From: Eledone cirrhosa
Taxonomy: Eukaryota
Assembly (NCBI GenBank): GCA_964016885.1
Contig: OZ024741.1
Coordinates: 287,742,001-287,806,000, forward strand
Direction: 5' to 3'
DNA length: 64,000 bases
The first letter of the stretch is position 1. Each line of letters opens with the position of its first letter. Made by a program: the position numbers and the translations under genes. This document shows positions 1 through 11,980 of the stretch, one piece after another. The notes below the pieces were generated by a model, which ran no database searches, was not told where the DNA came from, and was given only the letters and a program-made list of their open reading frames with translations.

Positions 1-82
1 TTGCTCTACGGTTCTTATATATTTGATATATATTTTCCTTATCGAGCCCTCTTTGGATTTTAGTCTTCAATTTTATTATTAT

Positions 83-159
<77 letters not shown>

Positions 160-299
160 GAAGTTATAGTTCACTTGAAGCATTGTGTAATGAGGTATAA
201 ACGTTTGTATTTGTAAAGCCAAAACAATGCAGAATAAAAAATGCAAATGCAAAAGATATTGTTGACAATTAGTCTTTTACCTTAAATTTATTTAAATAT

Positions 300-334
300 C
301 CTTAATTTTCGAGATAATATCTCTTCTTCGGAGG
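300..334 (-). ncRNA. Minimal hammerhead ribozyme, degenerate core
   Basis: CCT-CCGAAGA-A-GAGAT(ATT)ATCTC-GAAAATTA-AGG; core U4 is changed to C. Confidence 0.6.
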
Positions 335-592
335 GAAGTAAAGCGGTTAAACCAGTGTTCTAAATAGCTTGCCAAGTCATGCTGACAGGAAATGGTATAG
401 AGAATCTGTTCTATCTCTAATGTCAAAGAGTGAAGGTTAGGTGGATAAAGAGTAGTCTTTCTTTAAAAGGGGTTTTGTACATGTATGTTTAAGTGTGTGG
501 GAGAATACGTGAAGGTGTAAGTATGTGTGTGTGTGTGTGAGTGTGAGAAGATATGTCTATACGTGAATGTGGGGGATAGATGCTCTATCGTG

Positions 593-648
593 TTAAAACT
601 GGTCTTTGTGTGTGTATGTGTGTGTGAGAGAGAATAAGTGGAGGTGTA

Positions 649-688
<40 letters not shown>

Positions 689-1075
689 TGCGTGTGCGTG
701 TGTGTGAGAAGGGGGGTGTAAGTATGGGGCTAGATGCTCTATCATAAATTGGGTGTTGAGTTCTAGTCTATTATTGATTGGTGGTTGTGTTGTGTCTACA
801 ATCAGTGCTTCCTTAATTCTAAGATTGCCGAGGTTTCTTTCCTTAGTTTCTATCCTAACTGTTATGTTTTTGTCGGTGTTCTTGCATTTCACTAGGTGTT
901 TCTTAAATGAGGAAGCATTAGTATTGAGGTGTTCTTTTATTCTTATGTGAAGTGGTCTGGTGGTGCTACCTGCGTAGAAGTTTCTGCATTTGTCGCACTC
1001 TAATCTGTATACGACGTAAGCCTGGTGGCATAGGTCTGTGTCGTTGATGGGGCAGTTGGCTAGCCTGCAGCGACT
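593..1075 (-). pseudogene. PLE GIY-YIG endonuclease domain
   Basis: Manual translation CRLANCPINDTDLCHQAYVVYRLECDKCRNFYAGSTTRPLHIRIKEH, continuing into ORF 593-892 (IKEALIV..QPPINNR). Confidence 0.85.
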
Positions 1076-1482
1076 GTCATGTCTGGTGGAGTGTCTTTTG
1101 GTTAGCCGTCCGCGTAGAGAAGGTCCTGAGTGGGCTAGTTGGATATCTAGTCCTTCTCGTCTGATAGCTCTGCGGATGGTTGCTATTGTTTCCTCACTGA
1201 AGTGTGAGAGCTTCAGGGAGCAGGTGTTAGTGCCTCCGGTGTGGTGTCCTCTGTTCTTTCTGACACGGTTCGTGGTGGACGTCGGGTATCTGTTCAGTTT
1301 GAGTACTTCCAGAAAATGTGTGGTGTGTGTGTCTCGGTCTCTTGCGTCGGTGCATTTGTTCCAGATACGCGTAGTTCGTTCCTTATGTATCCGAACTTAG
1401 CGCCGGCTGGGAAGGCCGATCTGAAATGTACAAACAGGTCCCTGCTGGCGGCTTTTTTATAGAAGTAGGTGTGGATGTGACC

Positions 1483-3039
1483 TTACTCTGTTACCCTGAG
1501 TTGGAAGTCCAGTAGGGATAAGGATCCGCGGTCATCAGGGTGTTCCATGCTGAACTTTATACTGGCGTCCATGCTGGAGAATGTCGTGTATATTTTATCC
1601 GCCTCATGGGATGATGTAAGGATGAGTATGTCATCTACATATCGGGTGAAGAAGGTATGGGAATGGCAGGTGTTGAGGGCTCGGCATTCTAGCTGGTTCA
1701 TATAGGTGATGGCCAGCAGGCCCGATAGGCTGGATCCCATGGGTAATCCTGTTGTCTGTCTGTATGTGTAGTGGTGGAAGGTGAAATACGTGTTGTCCAC
1801 TGTGAAGGACAAAAGCTGGTGTATGTCCGTCGAATGGAGGCCGTAACAGTAAATGTCCTCTGCAACCACGCAGTCCGTCAATAAATCGACAGCTGGATGA
1901 GCGGGGACTGTAGTGTAGAGGGAGACAACGTCGAGGCTAAAGGCGTATTTATTTAGTTTGAGTTGTTCTGGTTGGAGTTGGTGTAATCTACGTATGACTT
2001 CGTCGGAGCTACTGATATGCCCGGGAAAGGTGGAGAGTAGAGGCTTGAGGACCTGGGAGAAGAGCCAGGAGATTTTGTATAGGGGTCCTTCTATGCTAGA
2101 GACGATGGGTCTTATTTGCGTCTTAGTACTATTCTTGTGGGTCTTGATGAGGTGGTAGAAAGTGGGCAGTCTGCTATTTCTAGTGGTGTAGTTGAGCTTA
2201 ACTTTATTTGGGAGTTGTCGTCTCCTACAGATGTCGAACCAGATGGAGTTGGTCTGTTTTTCGATCTGGGCTGCAGTCATGTCCGGGATCTCTGTATATA
2301 GTTCATTGTCGCTCTGTATATAGTTCATCGTATGTGGCTTGAAAGATGACACAAAACTCTTTAACTTTGTCGGATGGTAAGTATATAAGTTCCCTATTCC
2401 GTAGGTTCTTCAGGGCGAGTTGTGTCCTGGAGAGGTTTGGGGCTATCTTCTTCTGTTTCCGTAAGATGTTAAATACGGAATGTTTTAGCCTCGAGAGTTT
2501 TTCTTCAAGCTCGCGTTGGCAGGCGGTGGACAGAGTGGGAGATCCAGTTGGTATATCGGGAATCTGGGTTTGTTAGATTCCGTGGTGTTGTTGCCGAGAG
2601 TCGATATCCATTTTAGTTGGTAGGCAGCCCGATAGAAATTCGTTTCTATGTCGAGCCATAATTTGTCGTCCAGTCTCTGTTTCAATATGAACTTGGGACC
2701 CAGGCTGAGGAGGTCTAATTCCTCTCGGGAGAGGGATCCTGTCAAGTGTGTGACGAGGTGTTTTGCGTCAGGTGTGTTTTTGGTCGAGGCGCCGCTAGGT
2801 TCGATGTTGGTACCGTCTTGTACGCCTCTGTTGGTGCTTAGAGTTGGGATGTTGTTAAGACGGTTAGACGTGCTGAGTTTGAGAAATGTTTGCGTTAGGC
2901 GTATTTTCTCGTAGTCTCGGCGATGGTGGTATGACCTGTCTATAGCGGCGGAGATGATTCTGGGCAGAGGTTCTGGGGTTTCAGCGAGTTGTGGTACAAG
3001 GCTGGAAATAGTCCGTATGTGTTGTTGTTGCATTTGCAT
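1483..3039 (-). pseudogene. PLE reverse transcriptase, frameshifted (ORFs 2485-3039 and 1483-2352)
   Basis: PLE motifs LLSLGPKF, YHLIKTHK..IRPIVS, FSLDVVSLYT, QTTGLPMGSSLS, RYVDD, LSLLD. Confidence 0.9.
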
Positions 3040-3126
3040 TTATATTCTATATCCATACCTGTATTGTTTTGGCTTTACAAATACAAACATTTATATATAT
3101 ATATATAATATAGACATATGTATATT

Positions 3127-3220
<94 letters not shown>

Positions 3221-3365
3221 CGTGGATGCACGCCTACAAATATATCAATTGCTTATGTTAGAGAAAAATTCAGAATTAATAATTGTATTTTTTACGTTTT
3301 CACCGTTTTTTAATGTTCATATGAGTTTCTATTAAAATATATTTCGTAGGAAGTTATTTCTAAAG

Positions 3366-3366
<1 letters not shown>

Positions 3367-3398
<32 letters not shown>

Positions 3399-3418
3399 GG
3401 TGGTGGTGGTGTTGGTGG

Positions 3419-3513
<95 letters not shown>

Positions 3514-3560
3514 GTCCTGCTTCTGCTGGTAGTGCTGGTGCTGGTGTTTTCTGTTGTCGT
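3367..3560. repeat. Compound (TTG)n/(TGG)n/(CTG)n trinucleotide microsatellite
   Basis: Directly visible; source of the spurious polyQ/polyL ORFs. Confidence 0.95.
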
Positions 3561-3580
3561 TATTATTGTTGTTAGTTGAA

Positions 3581-3810
3581 GGGTGGTGAATTGGCAGTAT
3601 CGGTAGAGAGTCGGACATCATGCTTTGCAGCAAAGAGTTACGGCCCTTGCCATTCTGAGTTCAAATCCCGCCGAGGTTAACTTTGCCTTTCATCCTTACG
3701 GGGTCGATAAAATAAAGCACCAGTAACGTACTGGAGTCGATTTAATCGACTTCCCCCCCCCCCCAAAAAAAATTACTGACTTTGTGCCTATACTAGAAAT
3801 TATTATTATT
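3581..3810 (+). mobile_element. tRNA-derived SINE with Nin/Deu-like central domain
   Basis: A box TGGCAGTATCGGT, B box GAGTTCAAATCC, core GCCTTTCATCCTTACGGGGTCGATAAAAT, (ATT)n tail; many copies in window. Confidence 0.85.
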
Positions 3811-4566
3811 GTTGTTCGTGGAAGAACGCGCAAACATGACTACCTGGTTAAGTAGTTTGCTTCGCAAGCATATGCTATCACCTTCCAGTCCATTATGTGA
3901 CATCCTAGGCTTGTGTCATCTTTTGTAGACACAGCGATTTATTTTGCAATCAATAGGTTCCGTGTTCGATCTCTTTGTGTGCATAATGAGTAAATGTCAT
4001 TTGTCATAGCCTCGGATCGACCCATGCGTTTTGAGTATAATTGATTAGACGAAAACTGATTTGAAGTCTGTCAGATTCAACGAGATAGCCAAGACATACA
4101 CCGTGTCACGCTGATCTTCCGGATAATTACATTAAGGGTTACACGTATCTGTGGAATGCTCAGTTATGTTAATTTCATGAGCAGGCTGTTGTTGTTCGAC
4201 CAACTGGAAGACTCATCTTCGAAACCAACTAAGATCCATGGAGTCACAAGAGTCCTCAATATGATTAGAAATCGGTAGATGTCGGAAACACAATGTAAGC
4301 AGGGCCGTGTGCGGTTGTTAAACGAACATCTGAACTACACTGCAATGGTTAAAAAAATACAAAAACGTGAGTATTTAAGAAAATTACTAGAGCTGGCATG
4401 TCTGTGTGATAAAGGAGTTCGTTTCTGGACCACATGGTTTCGGTTTCATTAACGGCTGAGCAGCCTAATTTGCATATAGAGTGAGTTCAGTCGGCCAGGC
4501 GCACCGAAAACGATAAATGGAATAGAATGAAACGAAATTTCATTTATCACTCTTAGTACGGCACTT

Positions 4567-4605
4567 ACTCTTTTCTTTCCAGTTTTTATATTTGAAAACG
4601 AAATT

Positions 4606-4663
<58 letters not shown>

Positions 4664-4702
4664 AATTTCGTTTTCAAATATAAAAACTGGAAAGAAAAGA
4701 GT
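4567..4702. repeat. Perfect ~42-bp inverted repeat flanking a (TA)n tract
   Basis: actcttttctttccagtttttatatttgaaaacgaaattctt-(TA)n-aagaatttcgttttcaaatataaaaactggaaagaaaagagt. Confidence 0.9.
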
Positions 4703-5899
4703 GTGTGTATCTTTGTTTATCCTATAACTTAACGTTTCGATAAAAAAAGATTGATAAAATAAGTACCACGCCTGTAAATAATAAGTGGTGTCCATATGAC
4801 CGACTAAATCCTTTCGAGGCAGTACCTTAACATAGCCATAGTCTTAAGACTGAAACAAGTAAAACAGTAAAAGCGAGTTTATTTACATATATAGTGTGTT
4901 TATATAGGTTAAGGTATGTGTGCGTCTAATTCCTTTTACTTGTTTGGGAACTTTCTATTTAACGTTCTCCCTTTACGCTGTCAGTCTTGGAGAAATGTTT
5001 CTTAACTAATTAAGAAAATACTTATTTAAGACATGTTCCAGCCAAACAAATGGAATTATTTCTCTGTGGTCATAAACCGATAAAATCAAATTGCTCTTCA
5101 CTATTGGAGTCTTAAATGTTTCAGTTGTTTGGATAATGTCCAGTTTTGTTGCAACGGGAATGGACTTTGTCTGAACACCACAATTACTTATACGTTAAAA
5201 GTTATTGCCAATATATATTTCACAAAAGCTACACAGATGTAAAAATATCCTTTGACCTAAGTATCTATGACAATAATAATCATTGCTAACGTTGGCAAAT
5301 AGCCAGAAATTTGTAAGCAATGGCGGAAATAACTTAACCGTCTTTGTTACGTTACTCGTGTTTATGTTATCGACTCCTGAAAAATAAAATAAAAGAGATA
5401 ATATGACAACGACAGCATTTGACCTCAGAATCTAATAAGAAGTGATAAAAATACCACAAAACATTTTTACTGTCATTCTATTACTTCATCCATATATCAT
5501 CCTTAACTCTTAACATTACACTAATAACGCTCATTTTTACAAAAATATGTCCCCTAGTAACGGTATTATAGATATTTGAATAAACAAACACGTTTTTAAA
5601 TACGTTCTGCTAAACCATTGAATGATGTTCCGAGTTAATTAGCAACTGTGCATACACAACATTATTTTTAGCATAATCAATTGCATAACATTGCATTAAA
5701 TAGTGACGTCTTTATTTTAATACTACTATTTTTCACAGTGACCTGTCCCCTAGTAAAGATACTATAAATATTTGAATTAACAAGCCCGTTTTTAATGTTT
5801 CCTGTTAAATCATTACAGTGTTTAAATTAATAATATAGTTAACTTATTTGCTACTTTGTTCTCAGCTGTATATTCTATACATTTTATGTATATATATAT

Positions 5900-6207
5900 A
5901 GAGACCCGTGACTACTATGCTGTAATGACATACATTTTTTTCTTGGGTGCGCTAATCCGGGTGGAGCCCATCTCTTCTCCATGTCTGAACACAGCCAATG
6001 TGTTTCAGAGCAGGAGGGAGGAGGCTAGAAAGAGATATAGAGGAAGAATCGACCCTCGTACTGGACTGGTGCTTTTTTATTGACTTCGAAAGGATGGAAG
6101 GCAAAGCTGACCTTGGCGGAATTTGAATTCAGAGCGTAGAGACCCGGAACGAATAACGCAAAGCATTATATCCGACATTCTGACGACTCTGCTAATTCAC
6201 CACCTTT
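5900..6207 (-). mobile_element. SINE, second subfamily (related copies 19950-20115 and 48860-49197)
   Basis: Same tRNA head and Nin-like core with a different tail. Confidence 0.7.
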
Positions 6208-6349
6208 CTAAGCAATATTACCTGTTTCATAATGTGTCCTTGTTATTATTGCTAAACCCCACCTGTTTTACTCAATGGATTACTCCGTGTGATTTTTTAT
6301 TCTATGTATTTTGCTTTTGTAATGCCACCAATATCTGGGGGCCCTATTA

Positions 6350-6740
6350 TTTTTTTGGTAGAATCATTAGGGAATCGGACAACATGCTTTGCTGTATTTA
6401 GTCACCCTCTTTTACGTTCTGAGCTCAAATCCAACCGAGGTCAACCCAGCCTTTCATCCTTTCGCGGTCGATAAAATAAAATACCAGTCAACTATTGGAG
6501 TCGATATAATCGACTTTGCCCTCTCTTGTAGAATTGTTAGAAGGTCGGACAAGATTTTTGCGGCATTTAATTAAGGCCCTTTACGTTTTGAGTTCAAGTT
6601 CCGTCGAAGTTAACTTTGCTTTTCTTCTTTACGGCGTCTATAAAATAAAGTACCAGTAAAGCACTGGGGTTAATTTAATCGACTTTCCTCTCCCTTCTGA
6701 TTGCTGGCCTTGTGCCAAATGTAGAAACAATTATTATTTC
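6350..6740 (+). mobile_element. Two tandem degenerate SINE copies
   Basis: Two B boxes (gagctcaaatcc, gagttcaagttcc) and two cores. Confidence 0.75.
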
Positions 6741-7335
6741 ATTTTGTTCCACACTAACTCAACAATACAACCATTAAAATGAAATTAAAAGTACAGTACA
6801 CACCTATGTAGGTTTAACTGGCTTCTTACGGGGTTGAATTTTATGGGAGGTTTCTCTGTTGTTTGAATTATTGCGGACCCATTCCTGTTATGAAAAGAAA
6901 CGTGAAATAAATAAATTTGCTCAAGAACACAGCGCACCGCCCAGTCCATGAATCAAACACATGACCTTATAATCGTGAGTTCAACACCGTAACCACCTGG
7001 TCACACTCCTTCAAATGACAGCACCATCATTACTTTAGCTCAATAATGAGGCAATCCATTCTGTCTCGTATTAGCAATTCTTTGGAATATGATATTGAAA
7101 ACCGTACGAAATTAACATTCAATGTATTCTTGAGTCAAATTATCTATTCTGTTATAGGAAAACTGTTTATTGATTCAATTAAATTATTATTTATGTCGTT
7201 GTTGTCTCGCCCCACGTCAGTTTCATTGAACAAACATTCACGCTGTCATATCTGGTCTTTTATATTTCCTTTATATTTTCACATGTATATGTGTGTATGT
7301 GTGTGCGTGTGTGTGTGCGTGTGTTGTGTGTGTGC

Positions 7336-7380
<45 letters not shown>

Positions 7381-7382
<2 letters not shown>

Positions 7383-7974
7383 GCCAGGTCACCAGTTGGT
7401 GCTACTGGTAACATGTATCCCAGTACAACCTGTCTCATGGTCGGGTCGTTGGCGACTAAACTGGCAACCCCACCAAGGTTTCTTGGTGAGGAGGGTGACT
7501 TTGGACATCCTGCAGGACTAAAAACAAAACCTGTCAAAGGGCAAAGGAGCTCTTAAGAGTCAATGGCCATCCAAAATCACCGGGAGAGATGACCCCTTAG
7601 CCTTTGTTAAGGCAGAATTCTAGGAGAAGGAAAACTCTGATATAACACCTGCAACCCTGATGGTATCCAATGATGTTGACTTGTTCTTCTTTTTGGTAAA
7701 TATCATCTTGGTTTGTGCAGTGCCTTTGCTCACTATAAAAGCTTCACGGCACAGGCATTGTTTTATATCTGGAGATCTCTCTGCACTTGTCGTCGCATGG
7801 TACCATGGGCCCAGCACTGATGTGTCAATAGTTGTCACAGGTGTAGTGTTTGTACCAGAGTGTTCAGGTCGCTGGCTGGACTAAAAAGTCACACTCGTTC
7901 AGCGCATCGGTAGGGGTTCTCCTACATGGATATAAAGTAGTGGCCGTACTCGAAAACGAGTTGGCAGCCACCAT
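7381..7974 (+). mobile_element. Non-autonomous bipartite RTE derivative (5'UTR-like part + terminal zinc finger + 3' end)
   Basis: RTE-type 5'UTR motif ggagaaggaaaactctga; 7842-7913 encodes CSVCTRVFRSLAGLKSHTRSAHR*; 3' end tggccgtactcgaaaacgagttggcagccaccat matches the RTE end at 11981-12015. Confidence 0.75.
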
Positions 7975-7996
7975 ATATATATATATATATATGTGT

Positions 7997-8120
<124 letters not shown>

Positions 8121-8278
8121 CTATATATATATATATATATATATATATAAGTTTATCCCGGGTTTAATCGGGGGTAACCACAGTAAGGTACTCAATACAT
8201 AGCAGAGTATAAATATTTAATATAGAAATGGTTTCCACAGGACTAGAACTGTTTCATTCGGGCGAAATCATCAGGAAG

Positions 8279-8324
8279 CTTCCTGATGATTTCTTCCGAA
8301 TGAAACAGTTCAATTCTGTAGAAA
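8279..8324 (+). ncRNA. Type I hammerhead ribozyme; mirror copy on - strand 8232-8278
   Basis: CTTC-CTGATGA-TTTC(TTCC)GAAT-GAA-ACAG(TTCAATT)CTGT-A-GAAA; GUA cleavage triplet. Confidence 0.75.
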
Positions 8325-8356
8325 ATATATATATATATATAACAGAACGTTACATT

Positions 8357-8411
<55 letters not shown>

Positions 8412-8502
8412 CAATATAACGTTCTGTTACTGTAGGTTCACCAGAGATCAGCACTCGATGCGTAGTTTCTAGTAAGTATAGAAGTGTAGAACAAAGCAGA
8501 GT

Positions 8503-9518
8503 GTAATAATTGTTTCTACTTTTTGGCACAAGGCCAGCAATTACCCAGTGCATTACTGGTACTTTATTTTATCGACCTCCGTAAGGATGAAAGGCAAAGT
8601 TAACCTCGGCGGGATTTGAACTCAGAATGGCAAGGGCCGTAACTCTATACGTCAAAGCATGGCGTCCGACCCTCTACCGATACTGCCAATAAACCTTTAA
8701 TGATTTCCAGTAGTACCTGTAGACAAACAGACGCAATTATATATGTACTAGTAATACGCCTAAAGAAATATCCTACAGGAATATCTATAAGAAGGGTGAA
8801 AATGTTAATGCGGGGTGATATGGTTAGTGAGACAGAGATGTTGATAGTAATAGGAAATAATTTTAATAGTAATAATAATTGTTTCTACTTTTTGGCACAA
8901 GGCCAGCAATTACACAGTACATTACTGGTACTTTATTTTATCGACCCCGTAAGGATGAAAGGCAAAGTCAACCTGGGCGGGATTTGAACTCAGATCGTAA
9001 AGGGACGTAACTATGCTGTAAAGCATAGCGTCCGACCCTCTACTGATACTGCCAATCCACCGCCCTAATAGTAATAGTAATAATAATTGTTTCTACTTTT
9101 GGCACAAGGCCAGCAATTAACCAATACATTACTGGTACTTTATTTTATCGACCTCGCAAGGATGAAAGGCAAAGTTAACCTCGCCGGGATGATGATAAAA
9201 TTGATGATACAATGAAAGTAATGATAATGATTGTGGTAATTAATAGGATGCTGGTGGTGTATGGGGTAGCTGGTGGCTGGTGTGTGCGGTGCATGTTCAG
9301 GCGGGTGAAGGGGGTTAATACATGATGATATGTTTAATAGTTGTTTCTACTTTTGGCACAAGGCCAGCAATTATTCCAGTGTATTACTGGTACTTTATTT
9401 TATCGACCCCGTAAGGATGAAAGGCAAAGTTAACCTCGGCGGGATTTGAACTCAGTCCGTAAAGGGACGTAACTGTGCTGCAAAGCATGGCGCCCAACCC
9501 TCTACCGATACTGCCAAA
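8503..9518 (-). mobile_element. Cluster of four SINE copies (8503-8690, 8870-9070, 9080-9190, 9336-9518)
   Basis: Near-identical to the reverse complement of 3581-3810. Confidence 0.85.
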
Positions 9519-9699
9519 ATAATGAGGGATGATAAACATTGTAATATTATCAAGAATATCAATAGTAATAAATGCAACAGTGGTAATGAGGACGATGATA
9601 AAGTTGATGAGACATGATAATAATTGCGGTAATTAATAGGATGTTGTGTATGGGCTAGTAATATGTGTGTTCAGGTGGTTAAGTTGGGGTTTGTCCGTG

Positions 9700-10170
9700 G
9701 TTTATGTCCGAATAACAGGGCGGAGAATGTATGTTTTTTTTGCTTCTCGGCAGTTTACGAAAATTTCCGATTTTAAATTAATGATCCCTGCCGATTCCGC
9801 CAGTCACAACCTGCAGTGGCTTCGTCCTGTGGAATGTTGGGCCAGGTGTCTTCTTACGGTCCATTTGATCTGGTATTTCAGGTTTCTATCCTTGAGGTCC
9901 CAGATCAAGTCCGCCAGTCTAGTTGGGGAACGCTTATCTCTGTGGTTGAAGGAGATTCTGTGGTTGTACAGTCGCTCCTTAAATGTTGTTGAGATTGCGC
10001 TATATACGTGTATTCTTTATGCCCAGCCAAGACATCGCACTGGTATATAATGTTACTGATAAGGCACTCTCCGTCCAGTGGGCATTCCTCTGGCTTTTTG
10101 CATTTACACCTAGGGGTTATTTCATTATTGGTATGTTGAGCATTATAATAAATGTTCGGTAAATCCATAC
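9700..10170 (-). pseudogene. PLE (Nematis-like) GIY-YIG fragment
   Basis: CKCKKPEECPLDGECLISNIIYQCDV...YTYIA; homologous to ORF 33277-33858. Confidence 0.8.
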
Positions 10171-10318
10171 GTACATATATATATGTGTGCATGTATGTAT
10201 ATATATATACATACTACTGTACGTCTGTATACATATATGTATGTACGTATACATACTTATATTTAAGTAGCAGCCGTACTAAGAGTGAGAAATGAAATTT
10301 CGTTTCATTTTTTCCGTT

Positions 10319-10363
<45 letters not shown>

Positions 10364-10590
10364 AAAAGATAAACTGAAATAACAACAGAATCGGTACAGT
10401 ACATGGAAGGAATATATTAGGTTAACGCTTGAAATTACAGGAAGAGGTTCTTAACGTTTCGGACGCTAGTCCTTCATCAAAAGAAAGAATGAGAAATAAG
10501 ATAGATTGAAGGGACGGGCGGGTTGGAATTGGAAAAAATGTCTAGATAAAAATAACAGGTCTATTCATGTGGAGATCTCATGGAAAATAA
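10364..10590 (-). mobile_element. Truncated copy of the ~340-bp hammerhead element (hammerhead 10449-10484, core TTGATGA)
   Basis: Aligns with 17918-18257 and 49756-50092. Confidence 0.8.
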
Positions 10591-10605
10591 AAAAATATAT
10601 ATATA

Positions 10606-10665
<60 letters not shown>

Positions 10666-10668
10666 CAT

Positions 10669-11228
10669 ATTATGATGTCGGACAGGGAAAAGAGGGCAAG
10701 CACAGTAGTGGAAGTTAGCTGTCCAGCAGATGCCAATATAATATCAAAGATTAGCGAAAAGGAGAATATTTATGCTGAACTGATGAGAAATCTGCAGATA
10801 CTCCACCCTGATTACACCTTCAGATTTATGCCTGTGATTATTGGGGCACTGGGGTATATTAGTAACTGCCTCAATACAAATCTTAAGAAGTGGGCTTCAC
10901 AGGAACAGAAAGAACACAACTAGTTAGGAAATTACAAGTACAATCCATTAATGGAACAGTAAAAATATGTAAAACATTCCAAAAATTTTGCATCTAATAA
11001 CTGCCTATACACATGTACAGATACAAAGCATATACACATGCACACATACAACTCAAAACATCCACATCCACACATACAATAACATCCATATCTACACATG
11101 CATGCATGCATACATAATCTACCTAGTTGATGTTGTGTAAATTCCAATGAGAGAATCTTGTGTCTATGTTAGAAACCGACTCTCTCTCTCTACTGGCAAA
11201 AATTTGGGAAATTATAAAACCAGAAGAA
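10669..11228 (+). mobile_element. R4/Dong-like non-LTR retrotransposon 3' fragment, copy 1
   Basis: RLE C-terminus (VVEVSCP..EKENIYAEL..PVIIGALG) plus 3'UTR, followed by (CATA)n. Confidence 0.8.
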
Positions 11229-11293
11229 CATACATACATACATACATACATACATACATACATACATACATACATACATACATACATACATAC

Positions 11294-11955
11294 AACAATG
11301 TGGAAGACATCCATGTACATAATATGAAAGAGTACTGGTAGAATGTTCCAGTAAAAACCCCAATAAAATGCAGGCATAACAGACCAGATATTATGATATG
11401 GGACAGGGAGAGGAAAACATGCACAGTAGTGGAAATTAGCTGCCCAGCAGATGCCAATATAATATCAAAGATTAGTGAAAAGGAGAATATTTATGCTGAA
11501 CTGATGAGAAATCTGCAGATACTCCACCCTGATTACACCTTCAGAATTATGCCTGTGATTATTGGGGCACTGGGATATGTTAGTAACTGCCTCAATACAC
11601 ATCTTGAGAAGCTAGGCTTCACAGGAACAGAAAGAACACAACTAGTTAGGAAATTACAAGTACAATCCATTAATGGAACAGTAAAAATATGTAAAACATT
11701 CCAAAAATTTTGCATCTAATAACTGCATATACACATGTACAGATACAAAGCATATACACATGCACACATACAACTCAAAACATACACATCAACACATACA
11801 ATAACATCCATATCTACACATGCATGCATGCAGATATACATACATATCTACCTAGTTGATGTTGTGTAAATTCCAATGAGAGAGTTTTGTGTCTATGTTA
11901 GAAACCGACTCTCTCTCTATTGGTAAAACTTTGTGAAATTATAAAACCAGAAGAA
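11294..11955 (+). mobile_element. R4/Dong-like non-LTR retrotransposon 3' fragment, copy 2 (RLE ORF 11393-11719)
   Basis: HNRPDIMIWD..VVEISCP (PD-(D/E)xK-type restriction-like endonuclease); (CATA)n on both sides. Confidence 0.85.
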
Positions 11956-11980
11956 CATACATACATACATACATACATAC

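Larger units (their letters stand above)
157..3092 (-). mobile_element. Penelope-like element (RT + C-terminal GIY-YIG), degenerate, with short inverted copy of its 3' tail at the 5' end; (TA)n on both sides
   Basis: RT ORF 1483-2352, GIY-YIG at ~740-1070, hammerhead at 300-334. 3027-3092 is the reverse complement of ~198-253 (ttgttttggctttacaaatacaaac). Confidence 0.9.

Noticed and set aside
3310-3633. PolyQ/polyH ORF (also polyH/polyM ORFs at 51311-51898)
   Set aside because: Pure trinucleotide microsatellite running into SINE or low-complexity sequence; no domain or splice evidence.
8503-9518. Regularly recurring repeats resembling a CRISPR array or tRNA genes
   Set aside because: They are 110-200-bp SINE copies with irregular spacing; there is no cloverleaf and no cas genes, and the context is eukaryotic.
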